Origin: Escherichia coli
Lineage (GTDB): Bacteria > Pseudomonadota > Gammaproteobacteria > Enterobacterales > Enterobacteriaceae
Length of the DNA stretch: 64,000 bases
Reading direction: 5' to 3' (one strand)
Assembly: GCF_011045215.1 (NCBI RefSeq)
Contig: NZ_CP049201.1
Shown here: piece by piece, positions 47,484-58,974 of the stretch
Layout: each line of letters begins with the position of its first letter
Position numbering within the stretch: position 1 is the first letter of the stretch
Translations under genes and position numbers: made by a program
Notes under the pieces: generated by a model
Seen by the model: the letters and a program-made list of their open reading frames with translations, nothing else
Database searches by the model: none
Told to the model about the DNA's origin: nothing

Positions 47484-48680
47484 ATGCGTGGAGAATTTTA
47501 TCAGCAGTTAACCAACGATCTGGAAACCGCACGGGCGGAAGGGTTGTTTAAAGAAGAGCGCATTATTACGTCTGCGCAGCAAGCAGATATCACTGTGGCT
47601 GATGGAAGCCACGTCATTAACTTTTGTGCCAATAACTATCTCGGGCTGGCGAATCATCCGGATCTGATTGCGGCGGCAAAGGCGGGAATGGATTCTCACG
47701 GTTTCGGCATGGCTTCGGTGCGTTTTATTTGCGGCACTCAGGACAGCCATAAAGAGCTTGAACAAAAACTGGCGGCATTCCTGGGGATGGAAGATGCGAT
47801 TCTCTACTCTTCCTGCTTTGATGCTAACGGTGGCCTGTTTGAAACGCTGCTGGGCGCGGAAGACGCCATTATCTCCGACGCACTGAACCACGCGTCTATT
47901 ATTGATGGTGTGCGTCTGTGTAAAGCTAAACGCTATCGCTATGCCAACAACGATATGCAGGAGCTTGAAGCTCGTCTGAAAGAAGCGCGTGAAGCCGGTG
48001 CGCGTCATGTGCTGATTGCCACCGATGGTGTGTTCTCGATGGACGGCGTGATTGCCAATCTGAAGGGCGTTTGCGATCTGGCAGATAAATACGATGCCCT
48101 GGTGATGGTAGACGACTCCCACGCGGTCGGTTTTGTCGGTGAAAATGGTCGTGGTTCCCATGAATACTGCGATGTGATGGGCCGGGTCGATATTATCACC
48201 GGTACGCTTGGTAAAGCGCTGGGCGGGGCTTCTGGTGGTTATACCGCGGCGCGCAAAGAAGTGGTTGAGTGGCTGCGCCAGCGTTCTCGTCCGTACCTGT
48301 TCTCCAACTCGCTGGCACCGGCTATTGTCGCCGCTTCCATTAAAGTGCTGGAGATGGTTGAAGCGGGTAGCGAGCTGCGTGACCGTCTGTGGGCGAACGC
48401 GCGTCAGTTCCGTGAGCAAATGTCGGCGGCGGGCTTTACCCTGGCGGGAGCCGATCACGCCATTATTCCGGTCATGCTTGGCGATGCGGTAGTGGCGCAG
48501 AAATTTGCTCGTGAGCTGCAAAAAGAGGGCATTTACGTCACCGGTTTCTTCTATCCGGTCGTTCCGAAAGGTCAGGCGCGTATTCGTACCCAGATGTCTG
48601 CGGCGCATACCCCTGAGCAAATTACGCGCGCAGTAGAAGCATTCACGCGTATTGGTAAACAACTGGGCGTTATCGCCTGA
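47484..48680 (+). CDS. kbl: 2-amino-3-ketobutyrate CoA ligase (glycine C-acetyltransferase)
   Basis: 398 aa, PLP-dependent fold; operon with tdh. Confidence 0.95.
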   Translation: MRGEFYQQLTNDLETARAEGLFKEERIITSAQQADITVADGSHVINFCANNYLGLANHPDLIAAAKAGMDSHGFGMASVRFICGTQDSHKELEQKLAAFLGMEDAILYSSCFDANGGLFETLLGAEDAIISDALNHASIIDGVRLCKAKRYRYANNDMQELEARLKEAREAGARHVLIATDGVFSMDGVIANLKGVCDLADKYDALVMVDDSHAVGFVGENGRGSHEYCDVMGRVDIITGTLGKALGGASGGYTAARKEVVEWLRQRSRPYLFSNSLAPAIVAASIKVLEMVEAGSELRDRLWANARQFREQMSAAGFTLAGADHAIIPVMLGDAVVAQKFARELQKEGIYVTGFFYPVVPKGQARIRTQMSAAHTPEQITRAVEAFTRIGKQLGVIA

Positions 48681-48689
48681 GGATGTGAA

Positions 48690-49715
48690 ATGAAAGCGTT
48701 ATCCAAACTGAAAGCGGAAGAGGGCATCTGGATGACCGACGTTCCTGAGCCGGAACTGGGTCATAACGATCTGCTAATTAAAATCCGTAAAACAGCCATC
48801 TGCGGGACTGACGTTCACATCTACAACTGGGATGAGTGGTCGCAAAAAACTATCCCGGTGCCGATGGTTGTCGGTCATGAATATGTCGGTGAAGTAGTAG
48901 GCATCGGTCAGGAAGTGAAAGGTTTTAAGATTGGCGATCGCGTCTCTGGAGAAGGCCATATCACCTGCGGTCACTGTCGCAACTGTCGTGGCGGTCGTAC
49001 CCATCTGTGCCGCAACACGATCGGCGTCGGCGTTAACCGTCCGGGCTGCTTCGCCGAATATCTGGTGATCCCGGCGTTCAACGCCTTCAAAATCCCAGAC
49101 AATATCTCCGACGACCTGGCTTCCATTTTTGATCCCTTCGGTAACGCCGTGCATACCGCGCTGTCGTTCGATCTGGTTGGCGAGGATGTGCTGGTCTCTG
49201 GTGCAGGGCCGATAGGTATCATGGCTGCGGCGGTGGCGAAACACGTTGGTGCACGCAACGTGGTGATCACAGATGTTAATGAATACCGCCTTGAGCTGGC
49301 GCGTAAAATGGGTATCACCCGTGCGGTTAACGTCGCCAAAGAAAATCTCAATGACGTGATGGCGGAGTTAGGCATGACCGAAGGCTTTGATGTCGGTCTG
49401 GAAATGTCTGGTGCGCCGCCAGCGTTTCGTACCATGCTCGACACCATGAACCACGGCGGTCGCATTGCGATGCTGGGTATTCCACCGTCTGATATGTCTA
49501 TCGACTGGACCAAAGTGATCTTTAAAGGCTTGTTCATTAAAGGTATTTACGGTCGTGAGATGTTTGAAACCTGGTACAAGATGGCGGCGCTGATTCAGTC
49601 TGGCCTCGATCTTTCGCCGATCATTACCCATCGTTTCTCTATCGATGATTTCCAGAAGGGCTTTGACGCTATGCGTTCGGGCCAGTCCGGGAAAGTTATT
49701 CTGAGCTGGGATTAA
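48690..49715 (+). CDS. tdh: L-threonine 3-dehydrogenase
   Basis: 341 aa, zinc-dependent alcohol-dehydrogenase family. Confidence 0.95.
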   Translation: MKALSKLKAEEGIWMTDVPEPELGHNDLLIKIRKTAICGTDVHIYNWDEWSQKTIPVPMVVGHEYVGEVVGIGQEVKGFKIGDRVSGEGHITCGHCRNCRGGRTHLCRNTIGVGVNRPGCFAEYLVIPAFNAFKIPDNISDDLASIFDPFGNAVHTALSFDLVGEDVLVSGAGPIGIMAAAVAKHVGARNVVITDVNEYRLELARKMGITRAVNVAKENLNDVMAELGMTEGFDVGLEMSGAPPAFRTMLDTMNHGGRIAMLGIPPSDMSIDWTKVIFKGLFIKGIYGREMFETWYKMAALIQSGLDLSPIITHRFSIDDFQKGFDAMRSGQSGKVILSWD

Positions 49716-49722
49716 CACGAAC

Positions 49723-49747
49723 AAGGGCTGGTATTCCAGCCCTTTTA
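49723..49747 (+). terminator. Rho-independent terminator after tdh
   Basis: aagggctgg-tatt-ccagccctt followed by tt. Confidence 0.5.
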
Positions 49748-49953
49748 TCTGAGGATAATCTGTTAAATATGTAAAATCCTGTCAGTGTAATAAAGAGTTC
49801 GTAATTGTGCTGATCTCTTATATAGCTGCTCTCATTATCTCTCTACCCTGAAGTGACTCTCTCACCTGTAAAAATAATATCTCACAGGCTTAATAGTTTC
49901 TTAATACAAAGCCTGTAAAACGTCAGGATAACTTCAGAGGTCGTCGGTAATTT

Positions 49954-50988
49954 ATGATGAACAGCACCAATAAACTTAGTGTTATTATTCCGTTATATAA
50001 TGCGGGCGATGATTTCCGCACTTGTATGGAATCTTTAATTACGTAAACCTGGACTGCTCTGGAAATCATTATTATTAACGATGGTTCAACGGATAATTCT
50101 GTTGAAATAGCAAAGTATTACGCAGAAAACTATCCGCACGTTCGTTTGTTGCATCAGGCGAATGCTGGCGCATCGGTGGCGCGTAATCGTGGGATTGAAG
50201 TGGCAACGGGCAAATATGTCGCTTTTGTCGATGCTGACGATGAAGTCTATCCCACCATGTACGAAACGCTGATGACCATGGCGTTAGAGGACGACCTCGA
50301 CGTGGCGCAGTGCAACGCTGACTGGTGTTTTCGTGAAACGGGAGAAACCTGGCAATCCATCCCCACCGATCGCCTTCGCTCAACCGGCGTCTTAACCGGC
50401 CCGGACTGGCTGCGGATGGGGCTTTCTTCGCGCCGTTGGACACACGTGGTCTGGATGGGGGTTTATCGCCGCGATGTTATTGTTAAAAATAACATTAAAT
50501 TTATTGCCGGATTACATCATCAGGATATTGTCTGGACAACAGAATTCATGTTTAACGCGCTGCGTGCGCGATATACCGAGCAATCATTATATAAATATTA
50601 TCTGCATAATACGTCAGTGAGTCGGTTGCATAGACAAGGGAATAAAAACCTTAATTATCAACGTCACTATATTAAGATTACCCGCCTGCTGGAGAAATTA
50701 AATCGAAATTATGCCGACAAAATTACGATTTATCCGGAATTTCATCAGCAAATAACTTACGAAGCATTGCGTGTTTGCCATGTGGTGCGCAAAGAGCCGG
50801 ATATTCTTACCCGCCAACGGATGATTGCCGAGATATTTACTTCCGGTATGTATAAGCGCCTGATTACCAATGTGCGCAGCGTGAAGGTGGGTTACCAGGC
50901 GTTACTGTGGTCTTTCCGCTTATGGCAATGGCGCGACAAAACGCGGTCGCACCATCGCATTACGCGTAGCGCCTTTAATTTGCGCTAG
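49954..50988 (+). pseudogene. waaH: waaH (yibD) GT2 glycosyltransferase interrupted by an in-frame TAA stop at codon 31
   Basis: Translation from the ATG at 49954 gives MMNSTNKLSVIIPLYNAGDDFRTCMESLIT, then TAA at 50044-50046, then the same frame continues TWTALEIIIINDGSTDNS... for another 313 codons to the normal stop at 50988. The track reports only the internal-Met remainder (50146..50988, 280 aa). Confidence 0.8.
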
Positions 50989-51934
50989 CGTTAAGTTTTG
51001 CCGCTTCGGGCTGTTTGCCCCAGCCTTGCCACTGATGCTGGAAGTAAACGATCAGCGTGCTCTGGCTGATGCTTTCGCTTAATACTTCAAAGAAGCGATT
51101 AGCATAAACAGGTTCTATCGGTTTCTTCGGTTTGCACAGCTTCACGCCACGGAACGGATTACGCGGTGTGTCGGGCACAGTGTTTTTCGGCGGTGTAGAC
51201 GTATCAACCTGCGGTTCATTCAGCAAGCTGCTGGCTTTCACCAGCGTAATGTCTGGCGGCAGGTTATAAACCATCTGTTGTAGCACGCGTACCGTTGAAG
51301 GGTGAGGATGCCCAATGGCAATGGTTGAACCGTTGCGACGCGCCAGATCAATTGCGCGATTGAACTGCACACGGATGTCCGCTTCGTTCTGTGAATCGTC
51401 GAGGAACACCTTCCGTTTAATAACCTTCACGCCAGTGCCTTGCGCGGCGCGCATCGCCTGGGTATTACCAATGGTTACGCTGTCGAGGAAGTAAAGATTG
51501 TAACGCTCCAGTGCCTGCATCACTTTCTGCATACCAAACAGGTTAGAGGTCATCTTGCTACCCATGTGGTTGTTGATCCCCACGGCATAGGGCACGTTAT
51601 TGACCGCACTACGAATAATGCGCTCAATTTCGTCGCTGCTCATCTCTGGGCGCAGCGTATTTTTCTCCAGCGGCTGTTTACTCAACGGTGCCATTGGTAG
51701 ATGAATCAACACTTCGTGACCGCTGTTATGCGCTTTGGTCGCCATCTCTCTGGCGTGCGGTGAATCGGGTAATACAGCGACGGAGATAGCGGAAGGCATC
51801 GCCAGCACCTGGTTTTCGTTGTGCGGGCGATACCCAAAATCATCAATGACGATGGCAAGTTTGCCAGCAAGTACGGGGGAGGAGAGCGCCAACAGAGCGG
51901 CAAATGCAAGAACGTTACGACGAAATGGAAACAA
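50975..51934 (-). CDS. yibQ: Divergent polysaccharide deacetylase family protein
   Basis: 319 aa; signal peptide; synteny with envC. Confidence 0.85.
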   Translation of the reverse strand: MFPFRRNVLAFAALLALSSPVLAGKLAIVIDDFGYRPHNENQVLAMPSAISVAVLPDSPHAREMATKAHNSGHEVLIHLPMAPLSKQPLEKNTLRPEMSSDEIERIIRSAVNNVPYAVGINNHMGSKMTSNLFGMQKVMQALERYNLYFLDSVTIGNTQAMRAAQGTGVKVIKRKVFLDDSQNEADIRVQFNRAIDLARRNGSTIAIGHPHPSTVRVLQQMVYNLPPDITLVKASSLLNEPQVDTSTPPKNTVPDTPRNPFRGVKLCKPKKPIEPVYANRFFEVLSESISQSTLIVYFQHQWQGWGKQPEAAKLNASAN

Positions 51935-51937
51935 AGC

Positions 51938-53197
51938 TTATCTTCCCAACCACGGCTGTGGATTGACCGCCTGACCCTGGCGGCGAATTTCGAAATAGAG
52001 TGAAGGCCGACCCTGACCGCCACTGCTGCCCACCAGTGCAATCGGCTGGCCCGCGCGAACCTGCGAACCAACGCTCACCAGCGCGCTCTGATTATAGCCG
52101 TAAAGACTCATGTCGCCTTTACCATGCTCAACCACCACCACCAAGCCATAACCTTGCAGCCAGTCAGCCAGAATCACCCGACCGTCGGCAATCGCTTTAA
52201 CTTCAGTACCTTCAGAGGCACCGATCACCATTCCTTTCCAGCGTAATTCACCCTGTAGCTGCTCGCCATAGCGATGCAGCGTAGGGCCACGAACTGGCCA
52301 GAATGCCTGACCACGCGGCGCACCCAGGCCACCAGTTCGGGACATCAGCGATTTTTCGCTTTCAGTCGGTTTGTAGGTGGTGCCTTTACGCGTCGCTTCT
52401 TTCTGGCGGTCGCGAACCGCCTGGGCCTCACGTGCTTCTCGTTCTGCACGCGCTTTCGCCGCGGCTTCCGCACGGGCAATGCTGTTACGCAGACGGGATT
52501 CGTTGGCGCGCAGCTCGCTCAACTGTTGCTGACCTTGCTGGATGGAAGACTCCAGCCCTGCCAGCGTCTTTTTACGCTCGTTCAGCGCCTGAGTCAGTTT
52601 CGCCTGTTGGGCGCGCTGCTCATATAACAGCGTTTGTTGCTCGCTCTGTTTCTCTTCCAGTTCAGCACGCTGCATGGCGACTTCTTCACGCGTTTGCTTC
52701 AACTGGGCAATGGATTCTTGTCGCGCCTGGTTGAGATAGCCGAAATAAGCCTGTAAACGCTGTCCACGCTGGCTTTCTTCACCGCTGAGAATCAGCTGAA
52801 TACCGGTATGCTCGCCCTGACGGAATGCGGCATCCAGTTGTGCGGCGAGGCTGCGCTCCTGGGCGGCTTTTTGCTGCTCCAGTTTGGCAATCGACGCGTT
52901 CATCTCATCAATCTGTTTATTGAGTTGATTGAGCGTGTTTTGCGTTTCGCGCAGCTTACGGGTGGCTTCCGAGATCGCTTCTTCCTGCTTTTTCAATTGT
53001 GCGAGCAGGCTTGCGCGTTGTTGTTGCTTTTGGCGTACCGCGCGCTCTTTCGCGGCGATATCGGCCTGAATAGATTTGAGTTGGTCACGCTCATCCGCGT
53101 GGGCGGAAAAGGCGCACAACAATACGCCAGCGCTAAGAACGCTGGCGTAGATGATGGGCCTGATTGCAAACCTGCGCGGTTTCACGGCCCGTGTCAT
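51938..53197 (-). CDS. envC: Murein hydrolase activator EnvC (coiled-coil plus LytM/M23-like domain)
   Basis: 419 aa from MTRAVKPRRFAIRPIIYASVLSAGVLLCAFSAHA; long Q/A/E-rich coiled coil; C-terminal M23-like domain. Confidence 0.9.
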   Translation of the reverse strand: MTRAVKPRRFAIRPIIYASVLSAGVLLCAFSAHADERDQLKSIQADIAAKERAVRQKQQQRASLLAQLKKQEEAISEATRKLRETQNTLNQLNKQIDEMNASIAKLEQQKAAQERSLAAQLDAAFRQGEHTGIQLILSGEESQRGQRLQAYFGYLNQARQESIAQLKQTREEVAMQRAELEEKQSEQQTLLYEQRAQQAKLTQALNERKKTLAGLESSIQQGQQQLSELRANESRLRNSIARAEAAAKARAEREAREAQAVRDRQKEATRKGTTYKPTESEKSLMSRTGGLGAPRGQAFWPVRGPTLHRYGEQLQGELRWKGMVIGASEGTEVKAIADGRVILADWLQGYGLVVVVEHGKGDMSLYGYNQSALVSVGSQVRAGQPIALVGSSGGQGRPSLYFEIRRQGQAVNPQPWLGR

Positions 53198-53230
53198 GGT
53201 ATTAATCGCCTTTCCCCTCATGGGGAGGGA

Positions 53231-54775
53231 TTATTCCACGATGAACAGCGGCTTACCAGTCATCTCTTGCGGGATTTCCATACCCATCAGCGACAACATG
53301 GTCGGCGCGATGTCAGAAAGTTTGCCGCCTTCAACCGCTTTCACGTTCTTATCACCAACGTAAATCAGCGGAACTGGCAGGTTGGTGTGTGCCGTGTGTG
53401 CCTGACCCGTTGCCGGATCGCGCATCTGTTCAGCGTTACCGTGGTCAGCGGTGATCAGCAGTTGTCCACCTACAGACTCAACCGCTTTCGCAACTTCATT
53501 CACGCAGTGATCCAGCGCTTCAACGGCTTTAACTGCTGCTTCCATCACCCCGGTGTGACCTACCATGTCACCGTTCGGGTAGTTACAGATGATGGTGTCG
53601 TATTTGCCGCTCTTGATTGCCGCAACCAGTTTTTCGGTCAGCTCTGCGGAGCTCATTTCCGGTTGCAGATCGTAGGTAGCCACTTTCGGTGAGTTGATCA
53701 GAATGCGATCTTCGCCTTTGAACGACTCTTCTACGCCACCGTTGAAGAAGAAAGTAACGTGGGCATATTTTTCGGTTTCGGAAATACGCAACTGAGTTTT
53801 GTCGTTTTTCGCCATCCACTCGCCGAAGGTGTTAACCAGGGAAGCGGGTGGGTAAGCAACCGCAGTTTTGATGTCAGCGGCGTATTCGGTCAGCATCACG
53901 AAATCGACGTTAACCACTTTCTTACGCGCGAAGCCATCGAAATCAGCGTTCACGAAAGCACGAGTGATTTCACGCGCACGGTCAGCACGGAAGTTCATGA
54001 AAATCAGCGCATCGCCGTCTTCCATTGCCGCATCTGGCTGACCTTCTGCACGAATAACGGTCGCTTTCACGAACTCGTCGTTTTCGTCGCGAGCATAAGC
54101 TGCCTGCAAACCAGCAACGGCGGTATCGGCCTGGAACTCACCTTGCGCCAGAGTCAGCAGGTCATAAGCTTTTTCAACGCGATCCCAACGGTTATCGCGG
54201 TCCATCGCGTAGTAACGACCAATGATGGACGCTACGCGGCCTTTACCCAGCGCGGCAAATTTCTCTTCGAATTTTTTCAGCGAGGATTCAGCACTGCGCG
54301 GCGGAGTGTCGCGACCGTCAAGGAATGCGTGCAGGTAGATTTTTTCTGCGCCGCGTTCAGCTGCCAGTTCTACCATCGCCATGATGTGATCTTCGTGGCT
54401 GTGTACGCCGCCTGCGGAGAGCAGACCCATAATGTGTACCGCTTTGCCTGCGTTTTTCGCTTTATCTACCGCGCCAGTCAGCACTGGATTAGCAAAGAAA
54501 GCGCGATTTTTGATTTCAACGTCCAGACGAGTCAGGTCCTGATACACGATGCGGCCGGCACCCAGGTTAACGTGGCCTACTTCGGAGTTACCCATCTGAC
54601 GGTCAGGCAGACCGACTTCCAGACCGGAAGCGTCGATCAGGGTATGCGGACGATTGGCCCACAGTGCATCCATTACCGGGGTTTTAGCACTAAAAATGGC
54701 GTTATCCTGCTGTTCTTCGCGATAGCCATAGCCATCCAGAATCACCAGTACCATAGGTTTTTTAGAAACCGACAT
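53231..54775 (-). CDS. gpmM: 2,3-bisphosphoglycerate-independent phosphoglycerate mutase
   Basis: 514 aa from [21 protein letters not shown]; the track ORF has a 48-codon upstream extension. Confidence 0.95.
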   Translation of the reverse strand: MSVSKKPMVLVILDGYGYREEQQDNAIFSAKTPVMDALWANRPHTLIDASGLEVGLPDRQMGNSEVGHVNLGAGRIVYQDLTRLDVEIKNRAFFANPVLTGAVDKAKNAGKAVHIMGLLSAGGVHSHEDHIMAMVELAAERGAEKIYLHAFLDGRDTPPRSAESSLKKFEEKFAALGKGRVASIIGRYYAMDRDNRWDRVEKAYDLLTLAQGEFQADTAVAGLQAAYARDENDEFVKATVIRAEGQPDAAMEDGDALIFMNFRADRAREITRAFVNADFDGFARKKVVNVDFVMLTEYAADIKTAVAYPPASLVNTFGEWMAKNDKTQLRISETEKYAHVTFFFNGGVEESFKGEDRILINSPKVATYDLQPEMSSAELTEKLVAAIKSGKYDTIICNYPNGDMVGHTGVMEAAVKAVEALDHCVNEVAKAVESVGGQLLITADHGNAEQMRDPATGQAHTAHTNLPVPLIYVGDKNVKAVEGGKLSDIAPTMLSLMGMEIPQEMTGKPLFIVE

Positions 54776-55019
54776 TGCGACAACCTCATACTCAAGAGTC
54801 AAAATTTGCGTAATTTTACTACAGCTGAATCGATAAAATAGCCTCTGAAGATCAAAATATACGACCGCTCGCGGCAAGCCGATGCCAGATTTGCGCTTTT
54901 TTTTCGTCGTGCCCCGCAAAATTGCATTCCAGTTAACGCGCTGGCTGTATTTGCCGCACCGCGCAGGTATACTCCTTTCCTGGTTTTTTTAATCACTACG
55001 TCGGGAGTTGTTACCCCCC

Positions 55020-55451
55020 ATGCAAGAAATTATGCAATTTGTTGGCCGTCATCCCATACTGAGTATCGCCTGGATCGCGTTACTGGTGGCGGTTCTTGTG
55101 ACTACGTTTAAGAGCCTGACCTCGAAAGTGAAGGTGATTACTCGTGGTGAAGCTACGCGTCTGATCAACAAAGAAGACGCTGTGGTTGTGGATTTACGTC
55201 AGCGTGATGACTTCCGTAAAGGCCATATCGCAGGTTCTATCAATCTGTTGCCGAGCGAAATCAAAGCCAACAATGTTGGTGAGCTTGAGAAGCACAAAGA
55301 CAAACCGGTTATCGTGGTAGACGGTTCTGGCATGCAGTGCCAGGAGCCTGCAAACGCACTGACGAAAGCTGGTTTTGCGCAAGTATTCGTGCTGAAAGAA
55401 GGCGTCGCTGGCTGGGCTGGCGAAAACTTGCCTTTGGTGCGCGGCAAATAA
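55020..55451 (+). CDS. yibN: Rhodanese-domain inner membrane protein
   Basis: 143 aa from [27 protein letters not shown]; rhodanese fold; synteny. Confidence 0.85.
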
Positions 55452-55592
55452 TTTACCTGTCGTCTTTCATGATGCAGGCCGTTAGCTGCAATTAGGCCCC
55501 CAGTGACTTATTGTTATAAGCTTCTGGGGACACTCCATTTTGCTGCCGCCCTGCAACATGAAATTTCAGGGTAAAAAAACAGGAGCTAATTT

Positions 55593-55844
55593 ATGGCCAA
55601 TGTTGAAATCTATACCAAAGAAACCTGCCCGTATTGCCATCGTGCAAAAGCACTGCTGAGCAGCAAGGGTGTGAGTTTCCAGGAGCTGCCGATCGATGGC
55701 AACGCCGCCAAGCGTGAAGAGATGATCAAACGCAGCGGTCGCACCACGGTTCCCCAGATTTTTATTGACGCACAGCACATTGGCGGCTGTGATGACTTGT
55801 ATGCATTGGATGCACGTGGTGGACTGGATCCCCTGCTGAAATAA
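55593..55844 (+). CDS. grxC: Glutaredoxin 3
   Basis: 83 aa, [22 protein letters not shown] (CPYC active site). Confidence 0.95.
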
Positions 55845-55906
55845 CGTGTGAACGTTGGCATTACATTGCGCAGTATTTAAGGACAACACTTAAGGGTTTT
55901 CTACAC

Positions 55907-56374
55907 ATGTCAGAACAAAACAACACCGAAATGACTTTCCAGATCCAACGTATTTATACCAAGGATATTTCTTTCGAAGCGCCGAACGCGCCGCACGTTT
56001 TCCAGAAAGATTGGCAGCCAGAAGTTAAACTTGATCTGGATACGGCATCTACTCAACTGGCAGATGACGTTTACGAAGTGGTACTGCGTGTTACCGTAAC
56101 GGCCTCCCTGGGCGAAGAAACCGCGTTCCTGTGTGAAGTTCAGCAGGGCGGTATTTTCTCCATCGCGGGTATCGAAGGCACCCAGATGGCACATTGCCTG
56201 GGCGCATACTGCCCGAACATTCTGTTCCCGTATGCTCGTGAGTGCATCACCAGCATGGTATCCCGCGGTACATTCCCGCAACTGAACCTTGCGCCGGTTA
56301 ACTTCGATGCGCTGTTCATGAACTATTTGCAGCAGCAGGCTGGCGAAGGTACTGAAGAACATCAGGATGCCTGA
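55907..56374 (+). CDS. secB: Protein-export chaperone SecB
   Basis: 155 aa, [29 protein letters not shown]. Confidence 0.95.
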
Positions 56375-57393
56375 TGAACCAACGTAATGCTTCAATGACT
56401 GTGATCGGTGCCGGCTCGTACGGCACCGCTCTTGCCATCACCCTGGCAAGAAATGGCCACGAGGTTGTCCTCTGGGGCCATGACCCTGAACATATCGCAA
56501 CGCTTGAACGCGACCGCTGTAACGCCGCGTTTCTCCCCGATGTGCCTTTTCCCGATACGCTCCATCTTGAAAGCGATCTCGCCACTGCGCTGGCAGCCAG
56601 CCGTAATATTCTCGTCGTCGTACCCAGCCATGTCTTTGGTGAAGTGCTGCGCCAGATTAAACCGCTGATGCGTCCTGATGCGCGTCTGGTGTGGGCGACC
56701 AAAGGGCTGGAAGCGGAAACCGGGCGTCTGTTACAGGACGTGGCCCGCGAGGCGTTAGGCGATCAAATTCCGCTGGCGGTTATCTCTGGCCCAACGTTTG
56801 CGAAAGAACTGGCGGCAGGTTTACCGACAGCCATTTCGCTGGCCTCGACCGACCAAACTTTTGCTGATGATCTTCAGCAGCTGCTGCACTGCGGCAAAAG
56901 TTTCCGCGTTTACAGCAATCCGGATTTCATTGGCGTGCAGCTTGGCGGCGCGGTGAAAAACGTCATTGCCATTGGTGCGGGGATGTCCGACGGTATCGGT
57001 TTTGGTGCGAATGCGCGTACGGCGCTAATCACCCGTGGCCTGGCTGAAATGTCGCGTCTTGGCGCGGCGCTGGGTGCCGATCCTGCCACCTTTATGGGCA
57101 TGGCGGGGCTGGGGGATCTGGTGCTTACCTGTACCGACAACCAGTCGCGTAACCGCCGTTTTGGCATGATGCTCGGTCAGGGCATGGATGTACAAAGTGC
57201 GCAGGAGAAGATTGGTCAGGTGGTGGAAGGCTACCGCAATACGAAAGAAGTCCGCGAACTGGCGCATCGCTTCGGCGTTGAAATGCCAATAACCGAGGAA
57301 ATTTATCAAGTATTATATTGCGGAAAAAACGCGCGCGAGGCAGCATTGACGTTATTAGGTCGTGCACGCAAGGACGAGCGCAGCAGCCACTAA
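56374..57393 (+). CDS. gpsA: NAD(P)H-dependent glycerol-3-phosphate dehydrogenase
   Basis: 339 aa, [35 protein letters not shown]; start overlaps the secB stop by 1 nt. Confidence 0.95.
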   Translation: MNQRNASMTVIGAGSYGTALAITLARNGHEVVLWGHDPEHIATLERDRCNAAFLPDVPFPDTLHLESDLATALAASRNILVVVPSHVFGEVLRQIKPLMRPDARLVWATKGLEAETGRLLQDVAREALGDQIPLAVISGPTFAKELAAGLPTAISLASTDQTFADDLQQLLHCGKSFRVYSNPDFIGVQLGGAVKNVIAIGAGMSDGIGFGANARTALITRGLAEMSRLGAALGADPATFMGMAGLGDLVLTCTDNQSRNRRFGMMLGQGMDVQSAQEKIGQVVEGYRNTKEVRELAHRFGVEMPITEEIYQVLYCGKNAREAALTLLGRARKDERSSH

Positions 57394-57472
57394 CCCCAGG
57401 GAACCTTTGTTACCGCTATGACCCGGCCCGCGCAGAACGGGCCGGTCATTATCTCATCGTGTGGAGTAAGCA

Positions 57473-58294
57473 ATGTCGTGTGAAGAACTGGAAATTGTCT
57501 GGAACAATATTAAAGCCGAAGCCAGAACGCTGGCGGACTGTGAGCCAATGCTGGCCAGTTTTTACCACGCGACGCTACTCAAGCACGAAAACCTTGGCAG
57601 TGCACTGAGCTACATGCTGGCGAACAAGCTGTCATCGCCAATTATGCCTGCTATTGCTATCCGTGAAGTGGTTGAAGAAGCCTACGCCGCTGACCCGGAA
57701 ATGATCGCCTCTGCGGCCTGTGATATTCAGGCGGTGCGTACCCGCGACCCGGCAGTCGATAAATACTCAACCCCGTTGTTATACCTGAAGGGTTTTCATG
57801 CCTTGCAGGCCTATCGCATCGGTCACTGGTTGTGGAATCAGGGGCGTCGCGCACTGGCAATCTTTCTGCAAAACCAGGTTTCTGTGACGTTCCAGGTTGA
57901 TATTCACCCAGCAGCAAAAATTGGTCGCGGTATCATGCTTGACCACGCCACGGGTATCGTTGTGGGTGAAACGGCGGTGATTGAAAACGACGTGTCGATT
58001 CTGCAATCCGTCACCCTTGGCGGTACTGGGAAAACTAGCGGCGACCGTCACCCGAAAATTCGTGAAGGCGTGATGATTGGCGCGGGCGCGAAGATTCTCG
58101 GCAATATTGAAGTTGGTCGCGGCGCGAAGATTGGCGCAGGTTCCGTGGTGCTGCAACCGGTGCCGCCGCATACCACCGCCGCCGGCGTTCCGGCACGCAT
58201 TGTCGGTAAACCAGACAGCGATAAGCCATCAATGGATATGGACCAGCATTTCAACGGTATTAACCATACATTTGAGTATGGGGATGGGATCTGA
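57473..58294 (+). CDS. cysE: Serine O-acetyltransferase
   Basis: 273 aa, MSCEELEIVWNNIKAEARTLADCEPMLASFYHATLLKHENLGSAL; hexapeptide repeats. Confidence 0.95.
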   Translation: MSCEELEIVWNNIKAEARTLADCEPMLASFYHATLLKHENLGSALSYMLANKLSSPIMPAIAIREVVEEAYAADPEMIASAACDIQAVRTRDPAVDKYSTPLLYLKGFHALQAYRIGHWLWNQGRRALAIFLQNQVSVTFQVDIHPAAKIGRGIMLDHATGIVVGETAVIENDVSILQSVTLGGTGKTSGDRHPKIREGVMIGAGAKILGNIEVGRGAKIGAGSVVLQPVPPHTTAAGVPARIVGKPDSDKPSMDMDQHFNGINHTFEYGDGI

Positions 58295-58346
58295 TGTCCT
58301 GTGATCGTGCCGGATGCGATGTAATCATCTATCCGGCATGGCGTCA

Positions 58347-58820
58347 CTAATCTCTCAACACCGCTCCCGGATATCCCAGCTGCCGCCAGGCTTCATACAC
58401 CACTACCGACACCGCATTGGACAGGTTCATGCTGCGGCTGTCTGGCACCATCGGAATGCGAATTTTTTGTTCAGCGGGCAGGGCATCAAGAATGCTCGCT
58501 GGCAGGCCGCGTGTTTCCGGGCCGAACATCAGATAATCGCCATCCTGATAGCTTACGGCGCTGTGAGCAGGCGTACCTTTCGTGGTGAGGGCAAACAGGC
58601 GCTGGGGATTTTCTGCTTCGAGGAACGCGCTGTAGTCATGATGACGCGTAACGGCGGTAAACTCGTGATAGTCCAGCCCCGCGCGGCGCAGGCGCTTATC
58701 GTCCCAGGCAAATCCCATCGGTTCGATGATATGCAGACGAAAGCCGGTATTAGCGCAAAGACGGATGATGTTGCCAGTATTTGGCGGAATTTCTGGTTCG
58801 TAAAGTACGATGTTTAGCAT
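58347..58820 (-). CDS. trmL: tRNA (cytidine/uridine-2'-O)-methyltransferase
   Basis: 157 aa SPOUT methyltransferase, [34 protein letters not shown]. Confidence 0.9.
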   Translation of the reverse strand: MLNIVLYEPEIPPNTGNIIRLCANTGFRLHIIEPMGFAWDDKRLRRAGLDYHEFTAVTRHHDYSAFLEAENPQRLFALTTKGTPAHSAVSYQDGDYLMFGPETRGLPASILDALPAEQKIRIPMVPDSRSMNLSNAVSVVVYEAWRQLGYPGAVLRD

Positions 58821-58871
58821 ACTGCCCCCTTAGTGCGGGGGCAGGATAGCAGAAAATTGGTGAGCAGTGCG

Positions 58872-58968
58872 GCCTTTTCCCCTCACCCCGGCCCTCCCCC
58901 TGTCTCTTGATCAGGAGATCTGATCAAGAGACAGCTCCCTGAGGGAGAGGGTTAGGGTGAGGGGGCGC
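58872..58968. repeat. GC-rich imperfect palindrome (about 95 bp) whose 35-bp core is two inverted copies of an IS50 inside-end-like 16-19-mer
   Basis: Core at 58900-58934: ctgtctcttgatcag gag atctgatcaagagacag. Flanking arms ccctcaccccggccctcccc and ctccctgagggagagggttagggtgaggg are also roughly reverse-complementary. Sits between the lldD stop and the trmL start. Confidence 0.6.
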
Positions 58969-58974
58969 AAACGA

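Noticed and set aside
47508-48662. 384-aa ORF on the minus strand
   Set aside because: Antisense to kbl, which is intact on the plus strand; no independent start context or motif.
52808-54841. Two long plus-strand ORFs (294 aa and 360 aa)
   Set aside because: Antisense to envC and gpmM, both intact on the minus strand; the translated products are low-complexity Arg/Gln/Phe-rich with no recognisable domain.
58900-58934. Intact IS50/Tn5 insertion
   Set aside because: Only terminal-repeat-like sequence is present, with 3 bp between the two inverted ends and no transposase ORF; reported instead as a palindromic repeat.
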